This document shows positions 39,501-53,500 of a DNA stretch of 64,000 nt, in pieces. Position numbers and translations under genes: made by a program. Positions within the stretch are counted from its first letter, which is position 1; the number at the start of each line of letters is the position of its first letter. The stretch comes from Catajapyx aquilonaris (Eukaryota), in NCBI GenBank assembly GCA_000934665.2, contig KZ538516.1, positions 1 to 64,000 on the forward strand. The letters are read 5' to 3'. Below the pieces are notes generated by a model. That model saw only the letters and a program-made list of their open reading frames with translations, was not told the origin of the DNA and ran no database searches.

Positions 39501-40136
39501 ATCAGATAAAGTTGATTCGACCTTTATACGGATATTCAATTGACTCAGGAAATATGTGACCAAAAACTGGCCAATCTGCGAAGGTATAAAGATGGCGTCT
39601 GATTTCCCACGCACGATGTGAGCTGAACCAGCTCTAGATTCCAGACCACGTGTGCCATTGTGCGCACTTTTGAGACATTGAAAGTGGTCAAGGACGGTAA
39701 TAACCCAGGGCTGTAACCTGCCACCTCTCCTTCATGTAATATTCAGGTAGCAGACGCCCACTCTGAATCGAGAGCAAGGATGAAAGAACAAAAACCCGGT
39801 GAAACAGTCGCAGCTTACCAAAAAGAAGTCTTTTTACACCAGTCAAGAATGTCGCAAGGGCAAATTGATTCTCCTTTTTTTCCCCACTCCCACTCGTCTT
39901 ATACCGGAGTACCCAGTAATTGCTATCTTCAGGCTATGACGCGGAAATTATAGCGACATTACACTATGTGAAAGCTATGCGCTATCGGTGCTGTAATTGC
40001 ATTTTGAATTGATTAGCCTTCCCTTTGTTGATTCGTAATGGTTCAATTATATTAGAATTCTTCACAGCGTTGCGCGACTGGTTGCTGATAAGAGTGGGCG
40101 TAAAAATACTCATTTATCATAATTACTGTCTTTCAG

Positions 40137-40244
40137 GAATTCCACCTGGGTTGGAAATCGTGCCGGACCCTGAGAAAGGAGACAAATATGCCTTCGACAA
40201 CCCATGCTTCCTCGAAGAAGACCCATCGCAGAGGAATAAAAGAG
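40137..40244 (+). CDS. Transmembrane PDZ-domain protein, coding exon 2
   Basis: CTTTCAG acceptor, GTAAGG donor, phase 1-1; (G)IPPGLEIVPDPEKGDKYAFDNPCFLEEDPSQRNKR(D). Confidence 0.82.
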
Positions 40245-43200
40245 GTAAGGACACCCATTTTTATAGTGTCGCCAAGCATCAATTCTTATTCAAGGAGGAA
40301 AAAAAAACTGGCTATTAAGCAGATAGTTTACCGAAATATTCAAGTTGACAAAGGCTACCATCTATGTTTTGCATACTAAAGGTCAAGTAAAGCGATGTGT
40401 GAATAGTCAGCCTCATAATGACATTGGGTATTCTGTACCAGTTACGTAAGCATTGTTAAGGAAAGTTGCCAGGTGCCGCCTGATTCCGTCACGTTCCTGT
40501 TCATTCCGTGTTCTCAGAAAGCATTCCATCAGGCAAGAAGGGGGGAAAAAAAAAGAACAACAACAAAAAATTCTTTTCCGATCCAATCTCACCAAATATC
40601 GCACCAGCACGTCCTGGGAATTTATACCCTCTTAGCACGAAATATAAAAATTAATTCCAGACTCAATTATCTGGAAAACGACCGCAAAACTTTTGAGTTG
40701 ACCTACTCTTACGTGTTATATTTTATAGGATTCCCTACATTCCTTTAGTTTTCTCCTTTGTCCCCCCTAGGAGCCGTTTTGCTTTCATAACCCGTCCTGT
40801 ATCCATCGAACCGGACAGCTAACCTTTACAAACCATCTCACGAGCTGCAGGGAGAATTAATTTCACTGACACATACCCTCGTCTTCTTTTCATTGGGGGG
40901 TCCCAAATTTTTGTTTTACTGTCCTACCCAATTCTCGAGGCCATTCAAAAGGAGGGCATATATTTTACCGTCATTAAGGAAGGGATTGTTTCCGTCTTTT
41001 CCAAGGCGGAGTGTCAGAGTAAAAAGAAGCTTAGAAGAAATACCACCTGCGTAGGTCACACACATTGTCGATTCCATCAGCGTCGCGACCTACTGACCCA
41101 GACAGTCCGCACAGACCCACTAATAGAACTGTTTAACAGCTATGGGGGCCATATTGTAAATAACTGCGTCTCCTTGACGCTTGACCAGTAGGGAAGTGAA
41201 TAATTCTGACCTACACCAGTGTGAACCAGGTACTCGGACAGGAAATTACTTCGATTCAAACACTCAATTCCGATTCGGTTAAAAAAAAAACGAGGCATCA
41301 TTTGAGTGAAAACGTAAAAGGCATTCAAGCGTTAAGATGAAGATAAACAACAAGGAGATCGGCAATGGCACTCATGTGTATAAATTACTGCAAAAAATAC
41401 TCTTTAGGCCTCGCCTTTGACGTCATGGTTGGTCGTTTCCATGCATTGTGTGAAGCTAGGGTGCCCATCGCTTCGCCTCTGATGAATCAGCGCCATATTT
41501 ATTTACACAAAGCAGAGCAATTGCCCCATGAAGACCATGAACCCCAAACGTGTTTTTATTTAGAAAAAAAAATGGCTAGACCACTGTATGGACACAACCC
41601 ACGCGCTAGAAAACAAGTCTCCAGATTTATTATCCAATACTACGTCACATTTGGGTTCCAATTATCGCCATTTCTAGTAAACCTGTAATTGACAGTCTGA
41701 TTGCCGGATACATTTTGCGGACCAAAGTTCGCCGGAAGGAATTTGAAGAGCTAGGGCGTGTCGTGACCGACTGATCGGACTCTGTTCCGAATGCAGAACT
41801 ATGCGGTCAAGCCCATTGCCAGGCGGTGAAAGTGCAAACAGTTACACGGGATTGGTGTCCACACCCCACCATGTGCACACAGAAGTACTGCGTACATTTT
41901 TGCAGGGCTCCAACCTTGCATGCATGCGATAGGATCAGAGTTTTATCACCATCATTTCAAGCATGAGACGATCGTGTTGTATCCGTGCAGCAGTGACTCA
42001 TATAGTTCTAATATAGCACTGATACTATCGATATGTACGGAAGGCTGGAATCCTTTTCTTTTGTGTAATAAGAACAAAGTGGATAAAAATGGTCACCTAA
42101 TCACCCGAGTCTCCTTGAGGAGGTCAACAGCCCAGGGATTTCACCACCATTCAATATGGAAATGTTGAATGGCAGGCCTATGGTTTCCCAACACACGGGA
42201 GCAAGAGCTCTTTATTACCATAAATGCGAGGCCACTTTCATAGCCGAAGAAGTGGAAAGTGAGGTCAAGAGAAGATCCTATCAGGAAGTCCCGAAAGCGA
42301 ATAATATTCCTACATATAAGAGTGTTGACAATATGCAGTGCGTTGCCTGCATTCCGACGATTCTTATCGAAAGTAGGTCCTGCACCAGGGGGAAACTCCG
42401 TCTTGAATATTTAATACCATGCGTGACACTCTAAACCTGGATCGTTCTTGCCTGACCTTGCAAAACGCTTTTCATTGACATCTGTTACAATCGACTCTTT
42501 TTTCTTTACGCCTGGGTGCACATACCCCGTCCTTCATGCTCCAAGTGTTGTCCACCGTCTGAAGATCAAATTATCTCGCATTGTGCTGTCGGAAGCGGAC
42601 ATTCTTGTGGTCAACGAATTACCACGGACTTCCTGCATTCCTGGATACAATCAGGGACTTTTGTATTTTTTTTTAGTCGCTTCATCCAACGCCCCACTTT
42701 GACATCTATCAAGGAATTCCATTCCTCATTCCTTCGTATTCATCACCAGCATCCCTGGGTGCTTTGGGTTACGACAGGTCGCTAACGGGAAGCAGAGGCC
42801 CAAGTGTTAAAAATAACTCTGAATTTACTAGGGTGTGCCACTTAGGTTGGTTTTTTATGCGATGCATGCCGGTCGGCCTCAGGTGTGTCCTCACCTGATA
42901 GCCTCCGATATGAACTAACATGATATGTAGACATGTGGTGATTGTCACCACAATGTCTGCTGCATTTGTCGTGCGAAATCCCATCCAACAGCTTTGTATA
43001 GACCAGGATATGGCGTTGATAGGGTACATCCAGAGCAGCCTGTATAGTAGCTAAATGGAAGGCTAAGGATCAATGACTGACGGTGAATAGAACTTTGTGT
43101 TGTTGCAGTCACAAGCCTAAAAGTAGACCTCACATGCTGCATTGTTGGGGCTAATTCTTCCTTGTCATTAATTCCGATTGAAGTACGTTATTTTGCACGC

Positions 43201-44400
43201 AACTGATAGTGCATGAATAATGAAGCAAAAATTAATAAAAAGCACGACCTACTCATTTTATTTATTTACTTGAATACCGTGAGAGGGCCACACCTCATTG
43301 ATTCCTCATATACCTATTTTGCATGGTATGCCTTTATGCAAATTAGTAACAAATTAATCACTTCCTAATCAAAATATAGACACTACAAAAACCTGTTAAC
43401 TTGTACCGTGTTCAGCTTAAACGTGTCTAAAATTATCAAAGAAGTGTAAATACAGTCATATTTATATGCCAGATTGTTTGTAAAGGAAAACATTGAGGAA
43501 GTGTTGTAAAATATATGATCAATTTAGGATTACCTTCAACGTTTAATGACAAAATTGAAGCAACCAACATGTACCATAAAATACTTGTCGTAAAATTCTA
43601 CTGAATTGATTTACTTACAGAACCTGGAATATATGGCTTTATAACGATTAACACCTCTGTTAGGTTGGGCCGAGACGAATCATATTAACTTCGACGAACG
43701 ATCAGCTCGTTTCCCCAACACGAAGCTTCCAATCGTTACTTTGCTGCATGTATTATTAGTTCATTTCACAAGTGGTACATTACATCACCAAGAGAGAGCT
43801 ATTTATATGCAAGCAAATTAAAGAGAAATTACGTATTATTATGTATAGTAAACACAATACGAAATCAGTGATTTCCTCCCAATTTGAGGTAATGCAACCG
43901 AGCCTAACTTACACGTTATACAGTATACTGTATCCTCTTGAGAAATTCCTGATCCCTTTTTACGACATTTTACCCTTTAAAAATCTCATTATGAAAATTA
44001 TATTCACCTTCGAATTTCTAGTCGGTACCAGTCATCCCCAGTGCCGCCCATTCCATTCCATTCAATATTCAATTCCAACTACAACAAGGATAGGCACAGT
44101 TAAATTAGGAATAAATTAATTCATCCAAAATGCTAGGCATCCCTGTCACGTGCAATAGTTTCAAATTCAATTTATATGAGTGGAATTGGTAACAATTGGA
44201 ATTGAAATTCCATTTGGTTCAAATCCGATAGGACTCAATCAATACATCGTTAATTTTTTTTTGTATACATATGAAGATAGTCTTATTGAATGACTTATTA
44301 TGACCGCATACACTAACAGTATTCTGACAGGCGCCTGTCGCTAGACCGCTATTTATGTAGGCCAGTAAACAACAATGGTTGCAAATATTGTAATAATATT

Positions 44401-44484
44401 ACTTGAGATCCACACGTACGAACAAAATCTGGTAGCTGCAACAGTTGCAGCTACCAGATTTGTTCGTGCCTGTGGATCTCAAGT
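44401..44484. repeat. Near-perfect 84-nt palindrome in an intron
   Basis: ACTTGAGATCCACACGTACGAACAAAATCTGGTAGCTGCAAC-A-GTTGCAGCTACCAGATTTGTTCGTGCCTGTGGATCTCAAGT. Confidence 0.9.
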
Positions 44485-46597
44485 CAGTATATTCTCTCTC
44501 AATCCATTTGTTTTCAACTCCTTAACTTCTCTGAAGTCGAAAAGGCTTACAGGGCGAAAAAGGCTTATTCTTTATGGCTTCACTCGATTGTGCCTTCGAC
44601 ACGCAAAGGGCTTGTTCTAGAAAAATCATTGCTGCATCAACCAAAATGGATGGAGTATACTTTATAAAAGAGCACTATCGTATATCCAGCAAGCCTAACC
44701 ATATTCCGAACCGAAATGTGATCGGCTCACAGTTCTATTCAATTCTGAATTGCCATCAATTTTACATTACAATTATTTTAATTGTGAATTTATTGAAAGT
44801 ATTCGATTTAAGCAATTCTTGAACATTTTGGTTCCATTCAATTCTACAGTATTCCATTCATTAGTTTGGACATAATTCCTATAATTAATTCAAATCCGAA
44901 CTGATTTGTAACCATAACTGGTTGCAACATTTCTAGTTGGAAAACAATACACCTGAAGAGAATTGGCCTCATTGATATTATGAGATTTACTGGACTAATG
45001 AAGCAGCCATTACACCACATATCTTTATGGACCCCTTTGGACAATCCCAAGGACAGGTGGTCCGCGGACCACCCGTCGCAGGTAGCTGTTGCATTACATG
45101 GTATATGATATACAGCACTATGTTCCTGCTGTCGCACAGTTAACACATGTGTCGCAGATTTTATGATGTTGACTTGCATGTCTGTAGCAATTCATTGGCA
45201 TTACACGCAGTATTTGTGGCTGTTAACAGCGGCCCTCACACGAGAATATGTCTGGTAGTATGAATCACAGCAATATATTGTCGCAATAGATATGAACATG
45301 TAATAGATTAACGTAGCATTATCAAAAGAGTCTCCGAACTGAAGTAGTGCTCGAGATCTGGCGGAAATCGCTGAGTGGAAATGGAACTACGTTGAAATCA
45401 GCAGCTTTCGGAGCTCGGAAATCCTATCAGGATGGGCGTAACAACGTGTCATTGCCAAGAATGCCACGCTTTGTTGGCTCAAGGATACAGAGAGAAATCG
45501 GCTGAAAACGGACACAACTCGCAAGTACTAAATCGGTACCGAAGAACCTCCATTTATGCGACAGGGTCATGTGAGCAGCACCCCGTACTGTCCAAGCACC
45601 GATTCAAACAGCAGCTAACATCGCGGACTAAATTGATCCGATGACGACTCAAGGCGAACGGGTTGTCGTGGAAAGCCATAAATTTCACACCGTTCGGATG
45701 AACGTACAATTATCCGGGACCCGTTTCAAGAAAGTATTTCAAGGGCTACCGCCTCTTTATTATAAGAAGATGGGATCTGATCAATGGAAAGGATACATAC
45801 AGATGCTACCTCAAAAATATCGGTTGTAACCTTATAGCTTGGGGAGGAATCCACCAGTCACAGCGAAGGCTGTAAATATTAATAATATGATCCTTAATTA
45901 TTTGAGAATTTGAGAAAGGTTACGGGTTTTTACCTATATAGAAGGAGCGGTGTAACATACTGCTCGCGCTTCGCAGAAGAAATTAATTTTGGCGCACCGA
46001 TTGCGTGTATTAATTACCCCAGATTATACAAAGATAGAGTTCGGAGAAATATACTGGCATAATGTGACGCGGTTATTTATTAGTTGCCATTATTAGCATA
46101 TAAACGAGGGAATTATTTTGCCAACTTTCGCGAACTCTGCAATCACCATAAAGAACTAGGCGAACCTGTCGGTGGTGCAAGTTTTTTTTTTTTCGCAACT
46201 TGCCATCTGATATGGGTTTAGGAGTTCGTCCTTGTCGACTTGAACTCCCGAATGAAGGAAGCACACGTTAAAGTCAATTTTCGTCCCATTTAATAGTGAT
46301 AGTGACAGTCAAGGTGTCAAAACGCATTCTTTTGTATGTAGGCGAAAGTGACAATAATACGGTGGTACACCGACTATTAGCAGCTAGTATAGCTCGTCCT
46401 TCTGACTTCCAAACTTTCTATACAGACCTGCTGATGGTGAAAGCAACGAGCCTACCTCAAAAAAACATTGGTAAAGGTTAGGGAAAACAAAAATAGTGTC
46501 CTGATGCACAAGGCTGCCATATGTTAGTTCTCAAATGACAAACTATGCAACTCAACATTTTACGTAACTAATTGGCTACTATTCTCTCCCATTTCAG

Positions 46598-46650
46598 ACG
46601 GAGTCACGAGGGTACACGAATGCGACAAGGACGGTAAAGGCAACCAAAAG
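46598..46650 (+). CDS. Transmembrane PDZ-domain protein, coding exon 3
   Basis: CCCATTTCAG acceptor, GTTAGT donor, phase 1-0; (D)GVTRVHECDKDGKGNQK. Confidence 0.72.
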
Positions 46651-46787
46651 GTTAGTTCATTACCTTTTTATGCCAAGTAATATCGATTGCTGTGCTGTTA
46701 TTAGACTGCACAATACGTAATAGATTACATCCTAGTCACCTAGTGCGTCTGTTAAAAAAGAATTGACAAGTGTTTTCTTTTCTGCAG

Positions 46788-46889
46788 GTGACACACAAAG
46801 GCAAAAAGGCACCATGGAAGCCCTTTTATGTCTTCTCCCACTCGCGGCAACAAGAAAGAAGACGAGCCCTTGACGACTCGTGCATTGGG
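46788..46889 (+). CDS. Transmembrane PDZ-domain protein, coding exon 4
   Basis: TTTTCTGCAG acceptor, GTAAGT donor, phase 0-0; VTHKGKKAPWKPFYVFSHSRQQERRRALDDSCIG. Confidence 0.78.
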
Positions 46890-48840
46890 GTAAGTTAAGA
46901 GAAGAGTTGAGAACGTGGGTTGGGATTCCCAGCAGAACTTTCCTGGTACACGCTACGTACAAAACTGGCCCTTCATACGCTATATCTCATGAGAGATATT
47001 CAGGTGCCTTCTCCAAGCTACCCAGGCGACTTGGTGGCGTCAAGCAAATAGCTGAAATCCACAGCAAAAAAGGCCTCCAAAGTTGAGGCCCCATCCATTC
47101 GACAGGACTTTTAGATGAGGTTCAAATTAAGAATGATTATAATCTTTGATGGAGTCTCACCCATGCCGTAATCCAGGCAATGCGTGCAAGATGGTAATGT
47201 CACATCCCACATGCGATGATTTTCAAGGGCATCTAGCTTCAGAGAAAACAGGAAGAAGTCTGACTACAAATGGTTGTTTAAAATATTTCGATAATCAAAT
47301 ACCTCAGTGTGCCAACAAGGTCAGGTTATTTTGTTTTAAGTGTAGCATGGTACTACATACCACAATTAAGTGTCGCCTATAGATCAATTGCGCTTACAGT
47401 GCATATAAAATAGAGGAGCACATGGGGGGAAAAAAAACTGAAGCTATTCTACAACTCACACAATAGGTGTGTCTCACACCTTCGAACAATATTTTGCAGT
47501 CAAGTTTATAGTTTTGCTTTTAAACATCACTTGCGGCCTCTTTGGCGACGAGCACAAATCAGGTGGCAATGGCCTGTAAATTATACACTCACTAGTGCTC
47601 TGTGAAACATTGCGTAGTTTTTCTGATTGGAAAGTGAAAGATCTCTGCCGGGTTGGCATTAATGATGCAGCTTGCGTTGATAAATTCTAGGGCTTCTTAA
47701 ACTACGTTGTGAATGGTTGTGAAGTCACTGCACCAGTTCCATTGAATGGGGCACACATCAATAATTACACTATCCATAAACGTAAGGCATTGTATGTCAT
47801 TAGTCGCAATGTATGCCTCGAGAGTGATTTTATTTTTGTGGCAAAGCTTAAGAGGCGTATATATTCAAAGTTTTAAAACAGCAGCCATAAAAGGGCGGTA
47901 CAGGGTTTGCCTCGGAATGTGAAGGAGATGAGATATAAGAGTATATTAAGCATGAAACTTCACACGCCTGTTTTTGTAAACGTATCCAAGGCCTTGAAAA
48001 CATTTCAACAAGTTGACTACGCATCATTTTTCAGGATTGAGAAAGTGGTGTCAACTTGAAGTAGATCTCTCAATAACAATTGAACGGAACTCTGTCCATT
48101 GAAGTTTTACGCCAAAGTCTGGGACAGTATTGGAAAGGTGTAAAATGACAGGGGAAGGTTGCATAAGTGTTCGAAATTAATGTAATTTACGCCCTTTTCT
48201 TCCAATGTTAGTCTGCCCAGACTTATTTTAGGGTAATTTATGGAGAATTGGTGAAAGCTGTCAAGAATAAAATAAATATTACAAAATAAAATCACAAATA
48301 TTTGTCGGGCCAGCAGGTCAGTAGCCTGAATGGGATGTGATATTTGCAAAAAAAATAATTGTAGCTTGAAAAAGAATATCTACTTGGGAAAATCGATGTA
48401 CTGTACTACATGATTGTATAGGCTATAATAAATAGGATGAACGTACTTTTAGTACCTTACAATTCCGGGGCACATTTTTTAATTCGGAGAATTGGCACGA
48501 TTTACACGTATTACGTATGTGCCATCTCGCACGAATGTAGATCAGTTTTGTAAGGAGTGCTATCCCACCCCGTGCTGGTTTACAAATGTGTGAAGTTTCT
48601 CTCATCACATTTCCATCGTGCTTTGCAATACAGGGTGTTTCTTACTAGAAGATCCCGCAGCCAACGTAATCATGGCCCAATTCAAGTCAAAAATGTAGGG
48701 GTGAGAAACATCGAGGGAAAATAGGGACCAGGTAGCCATAAATACTTATGAAATTACTTTAGATTTTTTTCCTTCTTCCAGCCTGGAATACGCATGAAAT
48801 TATTGCTGGATATTTTGTAACCGCAATTACTTTTCCTCAG

Positions 48841-48988
48841 CAGGATCCAGAACAATTGTTGGTGACCCTGCGTGGGCACGACTTCACTGGCTTGGGATTC
48901 AACATTTGTGGAAACATGCGCGATGGAATCTACGTGAAGGATGTTCTGCATCGAGGACCCGCCTCTGAATCGGGCAAGATAAAAGCTG
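48841..48988 (+). CDS. Transmembrane PDZ-domain protein, coding exon 5 (PDZ N-half)
   Basis: QDPEQLLVTLRGHDFTGLGFNICGNMRDGIYVKDVLHRGPASESGKIKA(G), with the GLGF loop; CAGCAG acceptor, GTGAGT donor. Confidence 0.93.
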
Positions 48989-49268
48989 GTGAGTCATACT
49001 GTGATTAAACTGATGCCCTGGGCTCCTAATAGTTCTTTGCGCCTACCTTGGGGTACACCATCTTGACGTTCGCGTGATGATTGGGTTTGGAAGGGTGGGA
49101 AGGTCCAGTTTTGCAAACATTTCGTCTACCCCTCCCACTTGAAACAGAATAAGCATTTGCTCCCATAATTGTAACTCATCTTATTGCATGGTATACCTGC
49201 ATTACAATAATTTCTGCATCCTGTTCCAATGCAAAACATTGTATACAGTGTTTCGCCTTTTCTCGCAG

Positions 49269-49501
49269 GTGATCGACTTCTCAGCGTGACCATATCCTTC
49301 CGTGACATTGTTTTCGAAGATGCTTTGACCATTTTGAGTTATGCGTCGCCTTATGAGGTCCAACTAGAGCTGGAAAAAGGATGTGACCAAGCATCGCTTA
49401 AGAGGGCAGCGACTTCTGGCAGCAACCATGGATCAAGCCCCCCGGGTGACCGTCTGTGCCATCCATTTTACCGCAGTCAGTCTATCGACGACCTCGCACA
49501 G
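49269..49501 (+). CDS. Transmembrane PDZ-domain protein, coding exon 6 (PDZ C-half)
   Basis: (G)DRLLSVTISFRDIVFEDALTILSYASPYEVQLELEK...HPFYRSQSIDDLAQ, resembling the periaxin/AHNAK PDZ; TCTCGCAG acceptor, GTAAAG donor. Confidence 0.93.
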
Positions 49502-50599
49502 GTAAAGACCGTTTCATGCTGACAACTTCACAATGATGCTCAATGTTAGCCTCAGTCAGCTTTCAATACTGGGGTCATACGTCAGACAACATGAAATTTA
49601 TCTTTAGTGAAACACAATCATTGTAGAGTATTTCACTAGGAATTAATGCAAGGGAATCTGCGAACTGATAGGGCTGTATTTGATAGCCATTAGCCATGGT
49701 TAAAATAGCAGATAATGCACCTGAGGGATGTTTTGAAACTGTTTTCTACTCAATAATTATGACATTAAAATATAGCCTGTTGCAGGCAACAAAATAATGG
49801 GGTAACATGAAATTTTAATATTCTTTCTTCTATGTGGCGATACACTGCAAACAATGCACCATTTGCGCTGTAGAATGGGGATAGTAATGCAAATCTTGTG
49901 GTGGAAATGGCGCATAGTTTGCATTATAGAACTACCAAGCTTTTCTTTTCTTTTTTCATACCCGAATCGCTATGTTTCTCATAGACCTATAGTGTCTCAT
50001 TTTGAGTTTTCTGAGCGTTTCATCCTAAATAAACCTCATAAGCCATAAGTCACGCACTAATACGGAATAAACAGACAAGGGATCAGTAATAGGCTACTGG
50101 ACGTGATTAAATTTTCATTTACTCATTGAGAACCAGGAAAGCCTATTCTGACTGGTTTTGATTAGGTGTGAAAAATTACACATGCTTTCTTAAGGCAATA
50201 TTATACTGTGTACATAATGCAAATATATGTCGGCCAAGCAAAATCAATAAATTCAAAATAACAGTCGTTTTGAATACGAGCATGTGAGGGTGATTGCTCA
50301 AAAATCTGTCTAAAAAGGTCAATCGAACAGTTTGCACCACTCATATGGATTGAACCTGTTTTGAAAACATGTATGCCGATTACCAAAATATTGGAGCCCT
50401 TAGGACAAATTCTGACTTCATATTCGGCATCGGAAACTACATAAGAATCAATCAAAATTATCAATGGGTCAAATTACTCTTGGCCAGTGTCATTTGTTAC
50501 GGAATAATGATGTAGTGTGTACATTTAGGCTACTGTATGTTATATTGCATATTGTACGTTGGCCCTCAGTTAAAATTAACATTGTTTCATATTTTTCAG

Positions 50600-53500
50600 A
50601 TGAGAAAAGCCAAACGTGGCCACTACTTTGGAGGCCTACACCAGATGAGGCGTGGAAGCAGTCAGCTGAGCAGTCCTAGAGAAGAAGGAAGTGGATCTAT
50701 GAATAAAGCATCGCCTACTACGCATTCCAAAATGTCCACCTTGGAATCTCCCGTTTCCATCGAAAACCGGAATAAGTCTGGGATGGATGAAACTGATCAT
50801 AAACCAGTTCGTCTTCAGGAGACACTTCCAAAGATTGCTCCAATTGAGACAGTGGTGGCAGTGAAGAGAGAAGCGAAAGGAATCACTGAAGATGTAAAGA
50901 ATACGGTGGAATCAGCAGACAGCATAGAAGTGGAAGTGAGCAATGAAGAACCTGTGGAAGAGGAGAAAAATGGAAAGTCAAAATTTGCCAGATTTGGCGT
51001 CAAGGTCTTGCCAGATTTTAAGAAGAAGTCAAAGGAAAATGAAAAGTCATCCGAGACCATCGAAGAAAAGAAAACGGAAGGCGCAGTATCTGCTAGCCAC
51101 CAGGAAGAACCCACTAAAAAGTTCATTCAGAAAACAAACTTCGGATTTAAAATAGGAATATCTGGAAATGACAAAAGTGAAGGCCAGAAAGAGAGTCAGA
51201 CCAAGAGCAAGTCAGCTTCCGATTCAGAAGCTGAAGAGAAATACCACACAGCTTCTGAATCTCCTTTTGAAGTCCGAAAGGACTCGGTCGATAACGCACC
51301 AAAGTCCACTGAAGAAAGCAGTGGAAACACTTCTCCAGAGGGAAAGCCGAAGAAGGGAGAAACCTTCGTCACTAAAGGCTTGAAAAGTTTGAAGGGACTC
51401 AGGGATAAGATACAAGGTGAACCGCAGAGAAAGAAACACGACAGTTCCAGCAGCAAAGAAGATGAAGAAGGTACTTTCCCTAAGCAACATGATGGTAATT
51501 CGGATGAGTCCCCAGTTGCTGAGAATCTGCCAAGCAAAAACCAAAAAGACTGTGAATCAACTTCACAACAGAAAGAGAAAGAATCCAGTGACACACCAGA
51601 AGAAAGAGACTTCTCATTGCAGTCCGAAGCTGATGGACTGGCAGAGAAAAATGTCCCAATGGAATTGCCTGAAGAAATTCTGAAGGCTGCTACAGCTGCC
51701 AAAGAAAACAGAAAGCCAGTAAGGGAAGGCAAGGAAAAGAAGAATACTGTCAAGTCTCTTCCTGCTAAAGAAGTGGCACCTAAAAGTGACTCCTCTAGTG
51801 AAGATGACTCCGGAAAGAAAATGTCAATGCAAGAACATCCCAGAAACCCGCAGAAACGCACCCCAAAGAAAAAAGCCCCTCCTCCCCCACTAGATCGCAA
51901 GTCGTCAACTGAAGAAGAACTTCCAGGCGAGAAAGCCAATCCTGAAGGCGTGAACATGGTGGACGTGACACCACAAGTGGTCACAATTGTCGCCATGGAG
52001 AAAAAATGCCCTGAGGAAGGTAAGCCCACATCGAAACAATCGGAATCGTATGTAAGCTCAGACAGTGAGTCTGATTCAGAGACACCAACAAGCAAGCAAG
52101 GAGGAAACACCGTCGAACTGTCGCCGACCCAAGTAACGGTCCACCATGGCAACGACGACGAGTTTCATCCTAAGAAAGATGTGGTGTCTCTACCTGAAAG
52201 TGCGGAGGAGATTCAAACGTCACCTCACACGACACCTAAAAAGCCACCGAGAGCTGATGAAAATGGGCGGAAGGCTGCTTCTTTAGGTGACCTCACCAAA
52301 TTAGAAGAGGAACCGAAAGCTGCGCTGCTCCTGGAAAGAGCCGTATCGATGGACTTGGTCCAGGCTGATCAGCATCCGTCTTGCAAAAAGCGGAAGGCTC
52401 CTTTGCCTCCTAGTGAGGATCTAAGTGTGATTGACGAAGGTGGATTCTCTCCTAAAGAACCGAGGCTTGAGACAGAGCGGTTTGGTGGAGGGCTTAAGAA
52501 GAGTTCTAACTGGGGCACTCTAGAAGATGCCTTGAAAGATTCATCTCCAAGTGACGCACCAACCAAGGAAGATGGTGACATGGAGGAGGAGACTTCCAGG
52601 CTAACCCCTACTGAGTCGTGCAGAACTGTGGTCATGATCACTCAAGATGAAGTTACGTCAACGACTGACCCAGATTCAGATCCACAGCCTCGAGTTCAGT
52701 CTCCAGTAGTGTCTTCCAGCAACTCAGGAGTGAGCATTCACATTGGACCTTCCTTTGGCGATGCTCACATAGACTCGACCGTCCCGGAGCAGGAAGAAGT
52801 TGACACCAATTACAGCATGTCATCATCTGAGTCCGACACACTCCAAGCCAGAACTCCAATAGACATCAATGATATCAGCCTGGATTTCAGTCTTGAGGTT
52901 GACGGTGTTGATGTCCCTCCTGCTCTCCCCACGTCGCCTGTACCTGTGGCTGCAGTGGTAGAATTTCCGGCTGAAAGCGAGGCCTTCTCCACGACCACCA
53001 CAGCCACCACCACCACCACCACCACCACCACCACCACCACAATCATTCATTCCAACAATGAGCTGGACGCTCATCCCATGGTCACGGAAATCCAGGTGTT
53101 ATCTGAAGAACGGGAGCGCGAGAACAGCATTGCCGAAAGCGAGGTAAGCTTCGTCACGGCACGTCACATTAGCGTCGAAGATGACGGATTCGTAACCGCC
53201 GATGAGTTCCAGCGGAAGGCCAGTAACGCTTCAAGCACCGATTCCGAATCTCAGGTGGAGCTCACCCAAACCTCCCAGTTGAAGAACATCACTGTGATGT
53301 CCGTCACCACCAAGGAGTCAGACGCTCCGATGACATATTTAGGTCATGACACCAAGGCCCGCCACCTACAAACCACATCGGATGCCAACTCAGATGCCCT
53401 CTTCCACACCGAAGTTATTCTAACTTCTGACTCGAACGCCAACGGAGATGACTCCAAAGAGGTTTTGGAGATCACACCGGTTGAACTGGACTCTGTAATG

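Noticed and set aside
42150..43150. Cluster of short ORFs suggesting a decayed retroelement
   Set aside because: No RT, endonuclease, RNase H or integrase motif could be identified with confidence
51196..52152. 318-aa antisense ORF and other minus-strand ORFs within 50800-53650
   Set aside because: Shadow frames of the biased codon usage in the giant exon
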